Positions 1-10,261 of a stretch of 64,000 nucleotides of DNA are shown piece by piece. Source of the DNA: a virus. The position numbers and the translations under genes are program-made. The first letter of the stretch is position 1. The number at the start of each line of letters is the position of its first letter. The stretch is taken from the IMG/VR virus record IMGVR_UViG_3300034121_001395. One strand, written 5' to 3'. The notes beneath the pieces are model-generated. The model did no database searches. It had not been told where the DNA came from and saw only the letters and a program-made list of their open reading frames with translations.

Positions 1-24
1 GCAAATGTTCCTATAGATTTCCCA

Positions 25-210
25 TTGTATGCTTGGCATATTCCTCGAAATGATGAAAATTTAATAGGAGTAATTGAAGAGTTGGGAGAAACATCTTGGG
101 GGCAATTTGCCAAACTAAAACTCGTTGAGATTCCAGATGACGTAGAATGGGAAATTGCTGAGTATGATGGAGTTGAATGGGTAGCTGAGAAACATCGCAA
201 ATGGAATTAA
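25..210 (+). CDS. 3' part of conserved phage hypothetical protein (probably begins upstream of the window)
   Basis: C-terminal LKLVEIPDDVEWEIAEYDGVEWVAEKHRKW, typical of a common phage family. Confidence 0.6.
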   Translation: MYAWHIPRNDENLIGVIEELGETSWGQFAKLKLVEIPDDVEWEIAEYDGVEWVAEKHRKWN

Positions 211-253
211 AAAACTTGTGTACATTTTTCGAGTTTTAGTGTATAATTAGGCC

Positions 254-844
254 ATGATTATTGATACATACAGTCCCAGTCCTTGGAGAGTTTTTAAACA
301 TCCTTCGCTGCTGTTTAACAGCTTTTATTGGAGTGATATCAAATACCAAATCAAAGCATGGTTTAATCCACGCCAAAAGTGGCTAACTAAAACTATTCCT
401 AACACATGGTGTGACAAGGTAACTCTTATTCCGCACTTACTTTTTACTTGTCTCACACACTATGTAGAAGACGAAAAAGGTCTTCAAGATCATACTGATT
501 GGACTGAAGATCTTGAAAAAGGATATATCTCGCAAGAGTATGTTGATAGTGTTAAAAACACTGATAATGAGCTTCGTGAAGTTTATAATTATATTAAAAC
601 CGAGCGACCAGGACTTGAACTACATCTTGAAGTTTCTTATCCAACACCAAGTTCAAAAGCAATCAATGATCTTTTCATTAAAGAGGAAGATGGCAATTGT
701 ACAATGAGAAGCTGTGAAGAGCTTTACGGTATGTCATATAAAGAAGCATATGCTGAGGTTCATCGTCTTGAAGCATTGCTTGAAGAAAAAGATATGTGGG
801 CTATGAACACCATCATCAAGCACTATCAAAAAATGTGGACATGA
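254..844 (+). CDS. hypothetical phage protein
   Basis: 196-aa ORF after early-type promoter GTGTAC...TATAAT (218-247). Confidence 0.7.
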   Translation: MIIDTYSPSPWRVFKHPSLLFNSFYWSDIKYQIKAWFNPRQKWLTKTIPNTWCDKVTLIPHLLFTCLTHYVEDEKGLQDHTDWTEDLEKGYISQEYVDSVKNTDNELREVYNYIKTERPGLELHLEVSYPTPSSKAINDLFIKEEDGNCTMRSCEELYGMSYKEAYAEVHRLEALLEEKDMWAMNTIIKHYQKMWT

Positions 845-1248
845 AAAACTACTTCGCAGACAACAACTATGGCATTCGGTTTAAATCCAAAACAGAAGCA
901 ATTGAGCAGTTATGCTTAAAGGTTTTTGGAGCGACTCCTGTTTATGAATCGTCTCTTGAAGAATTAAAAACAGAAACACTAGAGAGTATGTATGCAAAGG
1001 TAGTTTCTGTAGCTTTAGAATGCGATCCAATTCCAGCAAAGGATCGTGCGGATGATAAATTAGAACCACCGTGGGAAGTTTTTGCGCGAGTTAAACGTGA
1101 ACGTGACAAACTGGTATCGGCTTTGTGGTCGATCAGGGAATATTGGAATCGTAACCAGAATGAATCGGCAATGGTTGACGCATGCTGGCATGCAATCTAT
1201 ACTGCTGAACAAGCACTCGCCGCCGTGGAAGGAGGGAGCGATGAGTGA
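841..1248 (+). CDS. hypothetical protein (ERERD coiled-coil family)
   Basis: ATGA overlap with upstream stop; ends LAAVEGGSDE. Confidence 0.65.
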   Translation: MKNYFADNNYGIRFKSKTEAIEQLCLKVFGATPVYESSLEELKTETLESMYAKVVSVALECDPIPAKDRADDKLEPPWEVFARVKRERDKLVSALWSIREYWNRNQNESAMVDACWHAIYTAEQALAAVEGGSDE

Positions 1249-1720
1249 GGGGCGGATCAGGGTATATGGCCGGAGGCTGTCCAATCGTGAGATTGCGGAT
1301 TTGCTACCTCTTTCAGCCGAACGCCAACGCGAACGCGACATGCTTGTTGAGGAGCAAAACCTATTGAAGCAATGCTTGTCAGCCATGCCAGTCGGCTACA
1401 TTCCAACGCACACAGCGGAGAACTTACCAGAGATGATTTGCGACTTAGCGAAAGCACTTGCTGAAGAAACCACTGAGCGAGAAAATCTCGAACGCGAACT
1501 TGCCACCGTGACTGAGCAACGCGACAGGCTGGCGGAGGCAATACGAAAACACAGAGATGAGCTTGAACTAACTTCTGGCGACTCCGTTGATAGAATTTTA
1601 TGGAACGCCCTCGCCGCCGTAAAAGAAAAACAAACAAAAGACAGTCAAAGTTGTCCAGAGTGTGACGCTTTGGCAAGTCATGGATGCAATGATGGACCAT
1701 GTGAAACTCATAAGTTATGA
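1241..1720 (+). CDS. hypothetical coiled-coil protein
   Basis: GGAGGG before ATG 1241; coupled to neighbours. Confidence 0.65.
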   Translation: MSEGRIRVYGRRLSNREIADLLPLSAERQRERDMLVEEQNLLKQCLSAMPVGYIPTHTAENLPEMICDLAKALAEETTERENLERELATVTEQRDRLAEAIRKHRDELELTSGDSVDRILWNALAAVKEKQTKDSQSCPECDALASHGCNDGPCETHKL

Positions 1721-2442
1721 AATATAAATCAGTAGAAGAATTAAACGATAAAATTATGGAAGCTATAGAAGAAGACGACAAATTTGAAACGCAACTGTTT
1801 GCAAAATATCCTGCTCTCTTTCCACGAGATGAAAGTGGTAATCTATTGCCACAAAGCCAACGATGCTGGAACGATTGCCCAGACGGGTGGAGAAATATTG
1901 TAGACTCGTTGTTTGATTGCATCGATGACTATGTAAAGCATCATAAGTATACAGAAGTCAATCCAAAGCGCAAACTGCAATTGAGAATGCGTAAAGCATA
2001 TTGGAAGTATGTACGTGATCCAATTTACAGAAAGTTCAATCCATATCGAGACTTTGAAAAGAGATTGCCTAAAGGTGCAAAGTTTGCTTCTCCGAGCAAT
2101 GAAGAGCGAGAGAAGATTAATAAAACTTTTGCCTCTCGTATTCGTGCTCTCGTAAGTACTATTGATAGAAAGTTTTTTAATAGACGCGATCTTTACATTG
2201 GTGTGTCTCCTCCCCCTGTAGTTATCGATCAATACAAAGAAAAGTTTGGCACTCTGCGCGTCTATTTTGATGGTGGAGATGATGTTGTTAAAGGCATGGT
2301 TCATTATGCTGAACATCTGTCTTCGCTTACCTGTCAAGACACTGGAAAGCCTGGACAACTGTGTCGTCGTGGAATGTGGTATGCTACTCTGAGTAAATCA
2401 CAAGCTAAAAAGCAAGGATATAAACCGACAAAGGACCAATAA
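1717..2442 (+). CDS. conserved phage hypothetical protein
   Basis: CPDGW...QYKEKFGTLRVY...TCQDTGKPG pattern of a widespread phage family. Confidence 0.75.
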   Translation: MKYKSVEELNDKIMEAIEEDDKFETQLFAKYPALFPRDESGNLLPQSQRCWNDCPDGWRNIVDSLFDCIDDYVKHHKYTEVNPKRKLQLRMRKAYWKYVRDPIYRKFNPYRDFEKRLPKGAKFASPSNEEREKINKTFASRIRALVSTIDRKFFNRRDLYIGVSPPPVVIDQYKEKFGTLRVYFDGGDDVVKGMVHYAEHLSSLTCQDTGKPGQLCRRGMWYATLSKSQAKKQGYKPTKDQ

Positions 2443-2447
2443 AACGT

Positions 2448-3047
2448 ATGAAAAAAAATGACTTTATTGCAAAGGCAATCTCTGAATTGCTAGAAGACGG
2501 ATTTTCTATTCGATTGCCTATGGTAAAGTCTATTGATGGCAAGTATGGTGGTTGGTTTAATGATGATAAGACACAAAAAGAATTTGTAGTCGCGATGAAG
2601 CGTGACAGCGCATTTGAAGTGTTTGTGCATGAATATTGTCACTATCTTCAGTGGAAACATCATCGCAGATTTTTTAATAAAAAGGCAAAGGGATGCGATG
2701 TTGTATTTAGTTGGCTTGACGGTAAACGCTATTCAAAAAAGGTAGTAGCGCAGTCGATACGAGATGCTATAGAACTTGAACTGCATTGTGAACAGCTTGC
2801 GTGCAAGATGATTAAACAATATAAGTTAGACATTGACCTTGACAATTATATTCGTGGTGCAAACTGCTATCTCTTCTTCTATCATACTGTAGAAAAGTTG
2901 AGAGCATGGTGCAACAACAGTCGATCACCATATTCAAAGCCGTTGAGAGCATTAGCATCGACACGACTAGAGCCTTTAGATTTTTATCTAGACGCAAATA
3001 ACTATAGTGATAAGCTTCGTGCTCGTCATGAAAAGATTTGCAATTAA
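2448..3047 (+). CDS. putative zinc metallopeptidase-like protein
   Basis: HEYCH (HExxH) plus downstream Glu. Confidence 0.55.
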   Translation: MKKNDFIAKAISELLEDGFSIRLPMVKSIDGKYGGWFNDDKTQKEFVVAMKRDSAFEVFVHEYCHYLQWKHHRRFFNKKAKGCDVVFSWLDGKRYSKKVVAQSIRDAIELELHCEQLACKMIKQYKLDIDLDNYIRGANCYLFFYHTVEKLRAWCNNSRSPYSKPLRALASTRLEPLDFYLDANNYSDKLRARHEKICN

Positions 3048-3148
3048 AAACCCTTTCACGGTGTAAACTGTGAAGCTGTGGAGACGTATTATCCTCTCCT
3101 TGTTTGCTGAGGACAAATAATACTAAAGATAGAAAGGAAACAAAAATA

Positions 3149-3562
3149 ATGATGAAAAAACTGTTGTATACAACTATAACCTCATTATTGCTTCTTGGGA
3201 CTGCATACTCAACGAGTACCGCTCTTAAGAACGCGACAAAGGTGCGCGCACGCATTACATACTACTATTCGGAATCTCCGTGGTGGGATCGTGTAGCATG
3301 CCCAAAAACCAAAACTGCAAAAAGCGGGGTGACTGTAGCAGCTCATCCCGATTTCAAGATGGGAACGAAGTTATTTATTCCCGGTTTGAAAGGAAAAGTA
3401 GGAAATGGGAGTTTCGTCGTCCAAGATCGTGGTTCGGCCGTTACTCGCAAAAGTGCTGCTCGTGGTCGTGGATATGTCTTTGACATCTACGTTCCAAGAG
3501 CATCATACACTCAGCTTGTAAAGTCCACTCCTGCCTGGATGGATGTTTATATTCTGAAGTAA
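3149..3562 (+). CDS. 3D-domain (MltA-like) cell-wall hydrolase with signal peptide
   Basis: N-terminal hydrophobic stretch; TVAAHP...VVQDRGSAV...FDIY motifs. Confidence 0.7.
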   Translation: MMKKLLYTTITSLLLLGTAYSTSTALKNATKVRARITYYYSESPWWDRVACPKTKTAKSGVTVAAHPDFKMGTKLFIPGLKGKVGNGSFVVQDRGSAVTRKSAARGRGYVFDIYVPRASYTQLVKSTPAWMDVYILK

Positions 3563-3698
3563 AAAATACACTCAGCAAACAGGTTTGGGGATAGTGTGGT
3601 CATTTGTACTACACTATCCCTGTCCCAGGCCTCCCAAGGGCTAAAAATGCCTAAAATATGGTCCCGGGGACGAAAAAAGTGAAAAAAAGTGCATTTTG

Positions 3699-3752
3699 TT
3701 GAAAAAAGTTGTGTACTTTCCGTGGGTTTTATGCTATAATAACCATGTAAGC
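3699..3752 (+). promoter_or_regulatory. early promoter cassette, copy 1
   Basis: TGAAAAAAGTT-GTGTAC...TGCTATAAT-AACCATGTAAGCA, repeated elsewhere. Confidence 0.85.
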
Positions 3753-3767
3753 ACAACCAACCACAAT

Positions 3768-3956
3768 ATGCAAACCACAATTAAGTTCCCTTCCCACGAA
3801 GAGATTTATAAGCAGATGCTCGAACTTTTCAATGCAAGTGCCAACTGGCGCGGGATGCACAATCGTGAGACGCTCGACGATTTGATCTCTGACTTGGAAC
3901 AGTATCGTCGCACTCTTCCAACCGTTGAAGAATATATTGTCCACGATCTTCTCTAA
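3768..3956 (+). CDS. small early hypothetical protein
   Basis: first ATG after the early promoter. Confidence 0.6.
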   Translation: MQTTIKFPSHEEIYKQMLELFNASANWRGMHNRETLDDLISDLEQYRRTLPTVEEYIVHDLL

Positions 3957-3978
3957 TACAAATACCACCACTAATACC

Positions 3979-4233
3979 ATGTCAAACTACCCTAATATGA
4001 GCTACTGCATGTTCGAGAATACCGTTCATGCCATGAAACAAATCGAGAGTGATCTACTAGCTGCTCTCGATGATGGAACATCGCCCGAAGATTATCGTAA
4101 AGCATTGAGTTGCCGTCAAGAGGCAGAAGCATACGATAGACTCAAAGAGATGTGTGAAGATATTCTTAGCATACTTAAGGACATGAATTACAATGATCCT
4201 GACTATGTTGAAATCGACGATGAAGACGATTAA
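3979..4233 (+). CDS. hypothetical protein
   Basis: NMSYCMFENT motif of a common phage small-protein family. Confidence 0.7.
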   Translation: MSNYPNMSYCMFENTVHAMKQIESDLLAALDDGTSPEDYRKALSCRQEAEAYDRLKEMCEDILSILKDMNYNDPDYVEIDDEDD

Positions 4234-4255
4234 GGAACACAGATATAATACACAT

Positions 4256-4411
4256 ATGGAAACGATCTACAATGTTAAAGTACGTACAAACGATGACGAT
4301 GCATTCACTGTCTATCATTTCGATGAAGAAGGTGCCAGGGAGTGCGTTTTTGATTACTTGTCGCAAGGCTTTACGGTCACTATAGTAACTGAAACTTCAG
4401 AGGAACTCTGA
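4256..4411 (+). CDS. small hypothetical protein
   Basis: tightly packed ORF in early operon. Confidence 0.5.
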   Translation: METIYNVKVRTNDDDAFTVYHFDEEGARECVFDYLSQGFTVTIVTETSEEL

Positions 4412-4707
4412 TACAATAAGATATGCAAACAGACACCGTCGAACAAACTATTGAGAAGCTGATGAAGACTGTTGACGAGCTCATGACGCTCGGTCATGCC
4501 GCAATCAACTTCATCGATTACGACAAGCATAGCGCTGATCGTATGCACCTTCGCGATAATCTTCTTAACATCACCAAGCGACACAACGAACAATACTAGA
4601 AGAAGTCTTGGACAATATGCTCTCAATGCAATTTAATGTAAAAAGTTGTGTACATCTTCTAAATTTTAAGTTATAATAGTCTCCTAACAACAAAACAAAA
4701 CAAACAT

Positions 4708-5142
4708 ATGCTAACGCGTGTAAAAGAAATGATTGACGAGTTCAATTCTCGTCCCAATGCTTCCGCTGGCTTTACTGCCAAGGAAGTTTATGAAGTCGGT
4801 AAGACCTTTGGTCTTACTTGTCGTGAAATTGGCCAAACCTTCCTTGGCAAAGACAAGTCGATTGGTTATAGTCGCTATTTGCCGCAAATGCCTCCCGCTG
4901 AGGTTATTGCAGCAGCAATGAAGGCTGGTCCAAAGAAGCGTGGTCGTAAACCAGGTGCTGCAAAAAAAGTTGCTGCTGAAGTCGTGCCAGAGGTTGTTGA
5001 AAAGGCAAATGATGAGATGCCTTCTTCAAGCGAAGGTGGAGAAGTCTTTTGTTGGATCGCATCTCCTCAAGAGATTGCTGAAGAGTTTGAGTCTCCAGCG
5101 CCAGTTAAAGCCAAAAAACCACGTAAAGTAAAGCGTCTCTGA
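4708..5142 (+). CDS. basic putative DNA-binding protein
   Basis: KKRGRKP AT-hook-like motif, Lys-rich C-terminus; own promoter upstream. Confidence 0.6.
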   Translation: MLTRVKEMIDEFNSRPNASAGFTAKEVYEVGKTFGLTCREIGQTFLGKDKSIGYSRYLPQMPPAEVIAAAMKAGPKKRGRKPGAAKKVAAEVVPEVVEKANDEMPSSSEGGEVFCWIASPQEIAEEFESPAPVKAKKPRKVKRL

Positions 5143-5163
5143 TTTAATTTGACGCCTCTTAAA

Positions 5164-5207
5164 AATCCCAGATGGTAATTTTAAATTGCTGTCTGGGATC
5201 TTTCTCT
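5164..5207 (+). terminator. intrinsic terminator-like hairpin
   Basis: ATCCCAGATGGTAATTT/AAATTGCTGTCTGGGAT inverted repeat followed by T-rich tract. Confidence 0.6.
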
Positions 5208-5220
5208 TATAAATCACTAT

Positions 5221-5583
5221 ATGACAGACACTCATCCTATTCTAGATCGCCTCTATTCAATGTTTTGTGCAAAAGCAAATGTGCACACCTCTGACGTTTT
5301 GCAAAATCAACTATTTTCAAAGGTGCTCGATTTTGTTGAATGTCAAGATTGTTTTAATAGCATTTCATGGTCTTCAATCGAAAATGGTCATTCAATCAAA
5401 GATGCTGTTTCAGACGTTTATCTATACGTCACTAATGATCGACCACTTCAAGTCAATAAAATTATAGAGTGCGAGTTGTCTGAAAATTATGACGCGCTCT
5501 CTGAGCGCACAGCAGCTCTTGAAGAGCAAGACAACTATCATTTGAGTTTAATCGTTGCGTTTCGCAAAATTATTTTTGGTTAA
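5221..5583 (+). CDS. hypothetical protein
   Basis: 120-aa ORF. Confidence 0.55.
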   Translation: MTDTHPILDRLYSMFCAKANVHTSDVLQNQLFSKVLDFVECQDCFNSISWSSIENGHSIKDAVSDVYLYVTNDRPLQVNKIIECELSENYDALSERTAALEEQDNYHLSLIVAFRKIIFG

Positions 5584-5584
5584 T

Positions 5585-6319
5585 ATGACAATAGAGCAAA
5601 TACGACAATATTTTGTAGGTCAATACAAAAGCAAAAATTTTGTAGTTGATAAGAGTGGTGTCACTACACTCGAGCTTGTTGGTGCAAGCTTTTGTGCCAA
5701 TGAACCAAGTATCTTTGGTGAAATTAACGATGACTATATTCAACGCGAGTTGGAATGGTATCTTTCGCAAAGTCTCTATGTAAAAGACATTCCAGGTGTT
5801 GTTCCTAAAATTTGGCAAGACGTTTCAAGCCGAGACGGCAAAATCAATTCAAATTATGGTTATCTTGTTTTCAACTCTGAAAACTACGCGCAATATGAAA
5901 ATGTGTTAATGGAATTGTCTCGTTCACCAAACAGTCGCCGAGCTGTCATGATCTATACTCGACCAAGCATGCATAGCAACTGGTGTGTAGGCGGCATGAG
6001 TGACTTTATTTGCACAAATGCAGTGCAATATATGATTCGTAATGGCGCCCTGCAGGTTGTTGTACAGATGCGTAGCAATGATATTTGGGCAGGTTATCGT
6101 AATGACTATGCGTGGCAAAAGTATGTTCAAGACAAACTCGTCTATGATTATAATTGTGGTACCAAAAAAGCCGATAAGATTGTCCCAGGAAATATCATTT
6201 GGCAAGTCGGCAGTCTACATGCATACGAAAATCAATATTATTTGATTGATCATTATTCTAAAACTGGAGAATTCTACATTTCTAAAAAAGATTATAATAT
6301 TTTGTATAATAAATCTTAA
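5585..6319 (+). CDS. dCMP hydroxymethylase (T4 gp42-like, thymidylate synthase fold)
   Basis: SRRAVMIYTRPSMH, DFICTN, MRSNDIWAGYRNDYAWQ, GSLHAY; Asp in RND is the dCMP-type residue. Confidence 0.85.
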   Translation: MTIEQIRQYFVGQYKSKNFVVDKSGVTTLELVGASFCANEPSIFGEINDDYIQRELEWYLSQSLYVKDIPGVVPKIWQDVSSRDGKINSNYGYLVFNSENYAQYENVLMELSRSPNSRRAVMIYTRPSMHSNWCVGGMSDFICTNAVQYMIRNGALQVVVQMRSNDIWAGYRNDYAWQKYVQDKLVYDYNCGTKKADKIVPGNIIWQVGSLHAYENQYYLIDHYSKTGEFYISKKDYNILYNKS

Positions 6320-6348
6320 CGACATAGAGTTTGGTTATAAATACCTAA

Positions 6349-6993
6349 ATGGGATATGTTTATAAATTTACTCACGTCAATACTGGAATGTATTATATAG
6401 GAAGTCATAATGGAAAAAAGAAAAACTATAGTGGAAGCGGTTTAATTTGGCAAAGAGCAAAATTAAAATACAGTATAGATTCTTTTACTAAAGAATTGTT
6501 ATATGAAGGAGATTTTTATAGAGAAGAAGAGGAAAGAATTCTTAAAGAATTAGATGCAGCAAATGATCCGTTATCATATAATATGAAAAATGAAGCATTA
6601 GGTGGTTCATTTCATGGAGAAAAAAATGGAATGTTTGGTAAAAAATTAACTGAAAAACACAAATACAAATGTGGAAATGGATTTAGAGGTAAAAAAAGAC
6701 CAGATCATTCAGAAAAAATGAAAGGTAAAAATAATCCAGCATTTGGTAAATCAGAACATGCATATGGTATAATTGAATGGGCAAAAAATAATGAAGGAAA
6801 AACATATGATGAAATACACGGAGAAGAAAAAAGTAAAATTTTAAGAAGTAAATTGTCTAAGAGTCAGCGAGGTAAAAAACATAATTTGGCACAAAAGCAA
6901 TGTCCTCATTGTCTATTAGTTGGTAGTGGCCCAAATATGTCACGATACCATTTTAACAATTGTAAAAAATATATTCAAGAACACTCCCTTTGA
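6349..6993 (+). CDS. GIY-YIG (Seg-like) homing endonuclease with NUMOD-type repeats
   Basis: GYVY...YYIGSH, YSGSG, YNM, NGMFGKK; AT-rich; TATAAATA just upstream. Confidence 0.8.
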   Translation: MGYVYKFTHVNTGMYYIGSHNGKKKNYSGSGLIWQRAKLKYSIDSFTKELLYEGDFYREEEERILKELDAANDPLSYNMKNEALGGSFHGEKNGMFGKKLTEKHKYKCGNGFRGKKRPDHSEKMKGKNNPAFGKSEHAYGIIEWAKNNEGKTYDEIHGEEKSKILRSKLSKSQRGKKHNLAQKQCPHCLLVGSGPNMSRYHFNNCKKYIQEHSL

Positions 6994-7030
6994 TATTTAC
7001 AAAGCTTAAAAAACATATATAATAACATCT

Positions 7031-7156
7031 ATGAAACACACTGGAATTAAAGTACAACAAAAGAAAATTAAGCGCAAAGGCATTCATGCTAAAAGCAAGA
7101 CTTCACATCTCAAACAAAGTAAACACTACAGGAAACTTTCACGCGGCCAAGGTTAA
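7031..7156 (+). CDS. small very basic peptide
   Basis: MKHTGIKVQQKKIKRKGIHAKSKTSHLKQSKHYRKLSRGQG, read by hand after a promoter. Confidence 0.55.
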   Translation: MKHTGIKVQQKKIKRKGIHAKSKTSHLKQSKHYRKLSRGQG

Positions 7157-7161
7157 TAAAC

Positions 7162-7509
7162 ATGAAAAAAGCATCAATAAAAGTTCTTGAAGAGTGCGCG
7201 GAACTACAACTCAAAAAGTCTAATGACTATCAAAATCCTCATAGCAGGATTCGTCAAGCAGACTATTATCCACGCGGCGCAGCTAGTATACTTGACGTTA
7301 TACACGCAAAGGTGCTACGTATGTCAAGCGTTCTTGAAGCCATGGAAAATGATCCAAATTACACTCCAAACTTTGAAAGTATTGAAGACAGCGGCAAGGA
7401 TCTAATTAACTATGGCAGCTTTCTCGTTGCATGGTGTCGTGGTGGAATTGATGGTCAGGACCCGGATCGTGACTTTTTAAATCGTCGTAAAAAACAAACT
7501 GAAGCATGA
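7162..7509 (+). CDS. nucleotide-modification-associated protein (DUF1599-like)
   Basis: KKSNDY...K..R...ESIEDSGKDLINY helical pattern. Confidence 0.6.
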   Translation: MKKASIKVLEECAELQLKKSNDYQNPHSRIRQADYYPRGAASILDVIHAKVLRMSSVLEAMENDPNYTPNFESIEDSGKDLINYGSFLVAWCRGGIDGQDPDRDFLNRRKKQTEA

Positions 7510-8534
7510 GAATACTAATTACTGGTTGTAATAAAGCACAATGTACATATGACTTTTATCTGCAACAACAATTGCAGGTTGCGATGTGTCAATATAGTTT
7601 GCCACGAGTGCTTCGTGATATGGGTCATACAGTTGATATGCGTCCTACTATTATTGGTGAAAGTTTAGATGAATATGATGAGGTGTTTGTGTTTTTACAC
7701 AACCCGGCCGGGTTTGCCGGGTTTGTCTATAACGCACTTTGGGCAATATCACGTCATCCAAATTGTATTTTTGCTTTTGATGATTGGCAAACCGATAGTA
7801 TTTTCTCTGGAATCACTTCGCTGAGCGATCCAACTAAGTTATTTAGAAAATTTGTTGTAGACAGTCATACTAATATTCCAAGTGATATTGAAACGCATGC
7901 AGATGTATTTCTTCAAGCAATTGAAAAGATAAAGAGCAAAACAAACAGAATGTGTATGCCCGCCTTTGCTGGTGGTGACCTAAGTCTATTATTAGACTGG
8001 CCAAAAGAATTGCTATTTGGATACAACCCAAATCCATATCACTTAAATCGCCAAGCAACACCGGCTCTCTTTCCTGAGCCAAAACAGCGAGTGTTTAATT
8101 TTGCTGGACTAGTCCAAGACAAGACTAAAAAATGGTTGGCAAAACAGGGAGTAGAATCAACAGATTGGCCTCTAAAGCAATATGGCTCTCGTAAAGATGG
8201 CCAAGACAGAGTTGTTGAAAGCGAAATGATGAATGTCTATGCATCACAATGGGGCATACTTATGCCTGGATATTTCCACGCTGGATCTGGATGGTGGAGA
8301 GCACGACCTCTACAAATTGCTGACGTAGAGTCAATTCTTATTGGTGAACCTAAAGAAATGATGTTGTATTATCGTGACGAGAGCCTTGCAAACATTCGAG
8401 CATCTGACATCGCGACTCTATCAGACTCTAAATTGACTGAAATTGCTATCGCACAACGAGAAGCGATTTATCGCAATCATCCGCTCAATAAAGAAGTCAC
8501 ACGTCAAGAATTAAATGCAGTACTAAATGCATAA
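7506..8534 (+). CDS. putative DNA (hmC) glycosyltransferase
   Basis: MRILITG start, DDWQ, GSGWWRAR; position next to gp42 homolog. Confidence 0.5.
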   Translation: MRILITGCNKAQCTYDFYLQQQLQVAMCQYSLPRVLRDMGHTVDMRPTIIGESLDEYDEVFVFLHNPAGFAGFVYNALWAISRHPNCIFAFDDWQTDSIFSGITSLSDPTKLFRKFVVDSHTNIPSDIETHADVFLQAIEKIKSKTNRMCMPAFAGGDLSLLLDWPKELLFGYNPNPYHLNRQATPALFPEPKQRVFNFAGLVQDKTKKWLAKQGVESTDWPLKQYGSRKDGQDRVVESEMMNVYASQWGILMPGYFHAGSGWWRARPLQIADVESILIGEPKEMMLYYRDESLANIRASDIATLSDSKLTEIAIAQREAIYRNHPLNKEVTRQELNAVLNA

Positions 8535-8590
8535 TTTCTTGTTTACTTTACACAAAAACAATATATAATATATCAAAGGAAAAATAAACT

Positions 8591-9655
8591 ATGTCATCTG
8601 TACTTGAAAAATTAAAAAAGAATTGCAGAATTAAAGAAGCTGATGTCCTTGCTGACAGCGACTTTTATTCTGAAAAAGACGTTACATCTACATCTGTGCC
8701 AATGGTCAACGTTGCTCTAAGTGGCAGTATTGATGGTGGTCTGACGAGTGGTCTTACTGTACTTGCCGGCCCATCAAAGCACTTTAAGACGAGCTTTGCA
8801 TTGCTTATGGCAGGTGCATACCTTAAAAAACATACTGACGCGTGCCTTATGTTTTATGACAGCGAATTTGGTTCTCCTCAGCAATACTTTGAAAGCTTTG
8901 GAATTGACACTTCACGAGTGCTGCATATTCCAATTAAAAACATTGAAGAACTTAAGTTTGATATTGTTAATCAACTTGAGCAGATGGATCGCAAAGATAA
9001 AGTAATTATTGTTATTGACAGTGTTGGTAATCTTGCAAGTAAGAAGGAATTGGAAGATGCGATGAATGAAAAGAGTGTTGCTGACATGACTCGCGCTAAA
9101 GCTCTTAAAGGATTGTTTCGTATGGTAACCCCCTACCTGACAATGAAAAACATTCCACTTCTTGCAATCAATCATACCTATCAGACTCAAGAAATGTTTA
9201 GCAAGGCTGTGGTGAGCGGTGGAACAGGAATTATGTATAGCGCTGACAATGTTTGGATTATTGGTCGTCAGCAAGATAAAGATGGCACTGAAATCCAAGG
9301 TTATCACTTTATCATCAATGTTGAAAAGAGTCGATTTGTAAAAGAAAAGAGCAAGATTCCAATCAGCGTTAGTTGGGAAGGTGGAGTTCAAAAATGGAGT
9401 GGGTTGCTTGATATTGCGCTTGAAGGCGGTTTCGTAGTCAAGCCTAAAAATGGCTGGTATACTGCATACGATCCAGCGACAAAAACTGAACTTACAGGAA
9501 ACCTTCGCGCAGCACAAACGCTGACAAAAGAATTTTGGGAAACCATCTTTACAAAGACAACATTTGCCTCACATATCAAACAAAAGTATACAATTGGTCT
9601 GCGAGACATGATTGATGGCGGCTCAGACCCAATTGTAGAAAACGAAGAAGTCTGA
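8591..9655 (+). CDS. uvsX: RecA-like recombinase UvsX
   Basis: AGPSKHFKT Walker A, FYDSEFG, DSVGNLASKKE. Confidence 0.95.
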   Translation: MSSVLEKLKKNCRIKEADVLADSDFYSEKDVTSTSVPMVNVALSGSIDGGLTSGLTVLAGPSKHFKTSFALLMAGAYLKKHTDACLMFYDSEFGSPQQYFESFGIDTSRVLHIPIKNIEELKFDIVNQLEQMDRKDKVIIVIDSVGNLASKKELEDAMNEKSVADMTRAKALKGLFRMVTPYLTMKNIPLLAINHTYQTQEMFSKAVVSGGTGIMYSADNVWIIGRQQDKDGTEIQGYHFIINVEKSRFVKEKSKIPISVSWEGGVQKWSGLLDIALEGGFVVKPKNGWYTAYDPATKTELTGNLRAAQTLTKEFWETIFTKTTFASHIKQKYTIGLRDMIDGGSDPIVENEEV

Positions 9656-9656
9656 T

Positions 9657-10256
9657 ATGAAGACTTTGGCGGACTATATACTTCTATTAAAAGGCGCGAT
9701 GCCGCTTGATATGTGCGAGGCATTGATTGCGAGATATGATTCAATATCAAAAAATGATCCTTTAAAGGTACATCGTAAAAATAAAATCCTTGATTTTGAA
9801 GAGATTAACATGCTTGATCATCCTGGATTTGAAGAGTTTAGGGTTCCAATGATGACGTTGATGAGAGCAGTCAATAAACACTATCTTGAAAAAACGTGTA
9901 ATATTTTAAAGGATCGTTTACCGTGTTATGAACCTCTACAAGATTTTGAGGCGCCACGAATAAAACGTTATGAGCCTAGAACTGGGCTCTTTGATTGGCA
10001 CACTGATCATTGTGATGTTCCATCAAGTAAACGTGCAGTTGTAATGTTTTGGTATCTTAACGACGTTGCAAAAGGGGGTGAAACGTTATTTGATATTGGC
10101 ACAGAAATTGCAATAAAACCTGAAGCTGGTAATGTGCTCTGTTTTCCACCTTATTATATGTATCCACATAAGGGTGCAACTCCAATCTCTAACCCAAAGT
10201 ATGTAATTTCATCATATGTCTGGCTTCCACAGAAGTATGGAAATTCTTGCGATTAA
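9657..10256 (+). CDS. 2OG-Fe(II) oxygenase
   Basis: WHTD, YLND...GGET, HKG...KY. Confidence 0.85.
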   Translation: MKTLADYILLLKGAMPLDMCEALIARYDSISKNDPLKVHRKNKILDFEEINMLDHPGFEEFRVPMMTLMRAVNKHYLEKTCNILKDRLPCYEPLQDFEAPRIKRYEPRTGLFDWHTDHCDVPSSKRAVVMFWYLNDVAKGGETLFDIGTEIAIKPEAGNVLCFPPYYMYPHKGATPISNPKYVISSYVWLPQKYGNSCD

Positions 10257-10261
10257 AATTT

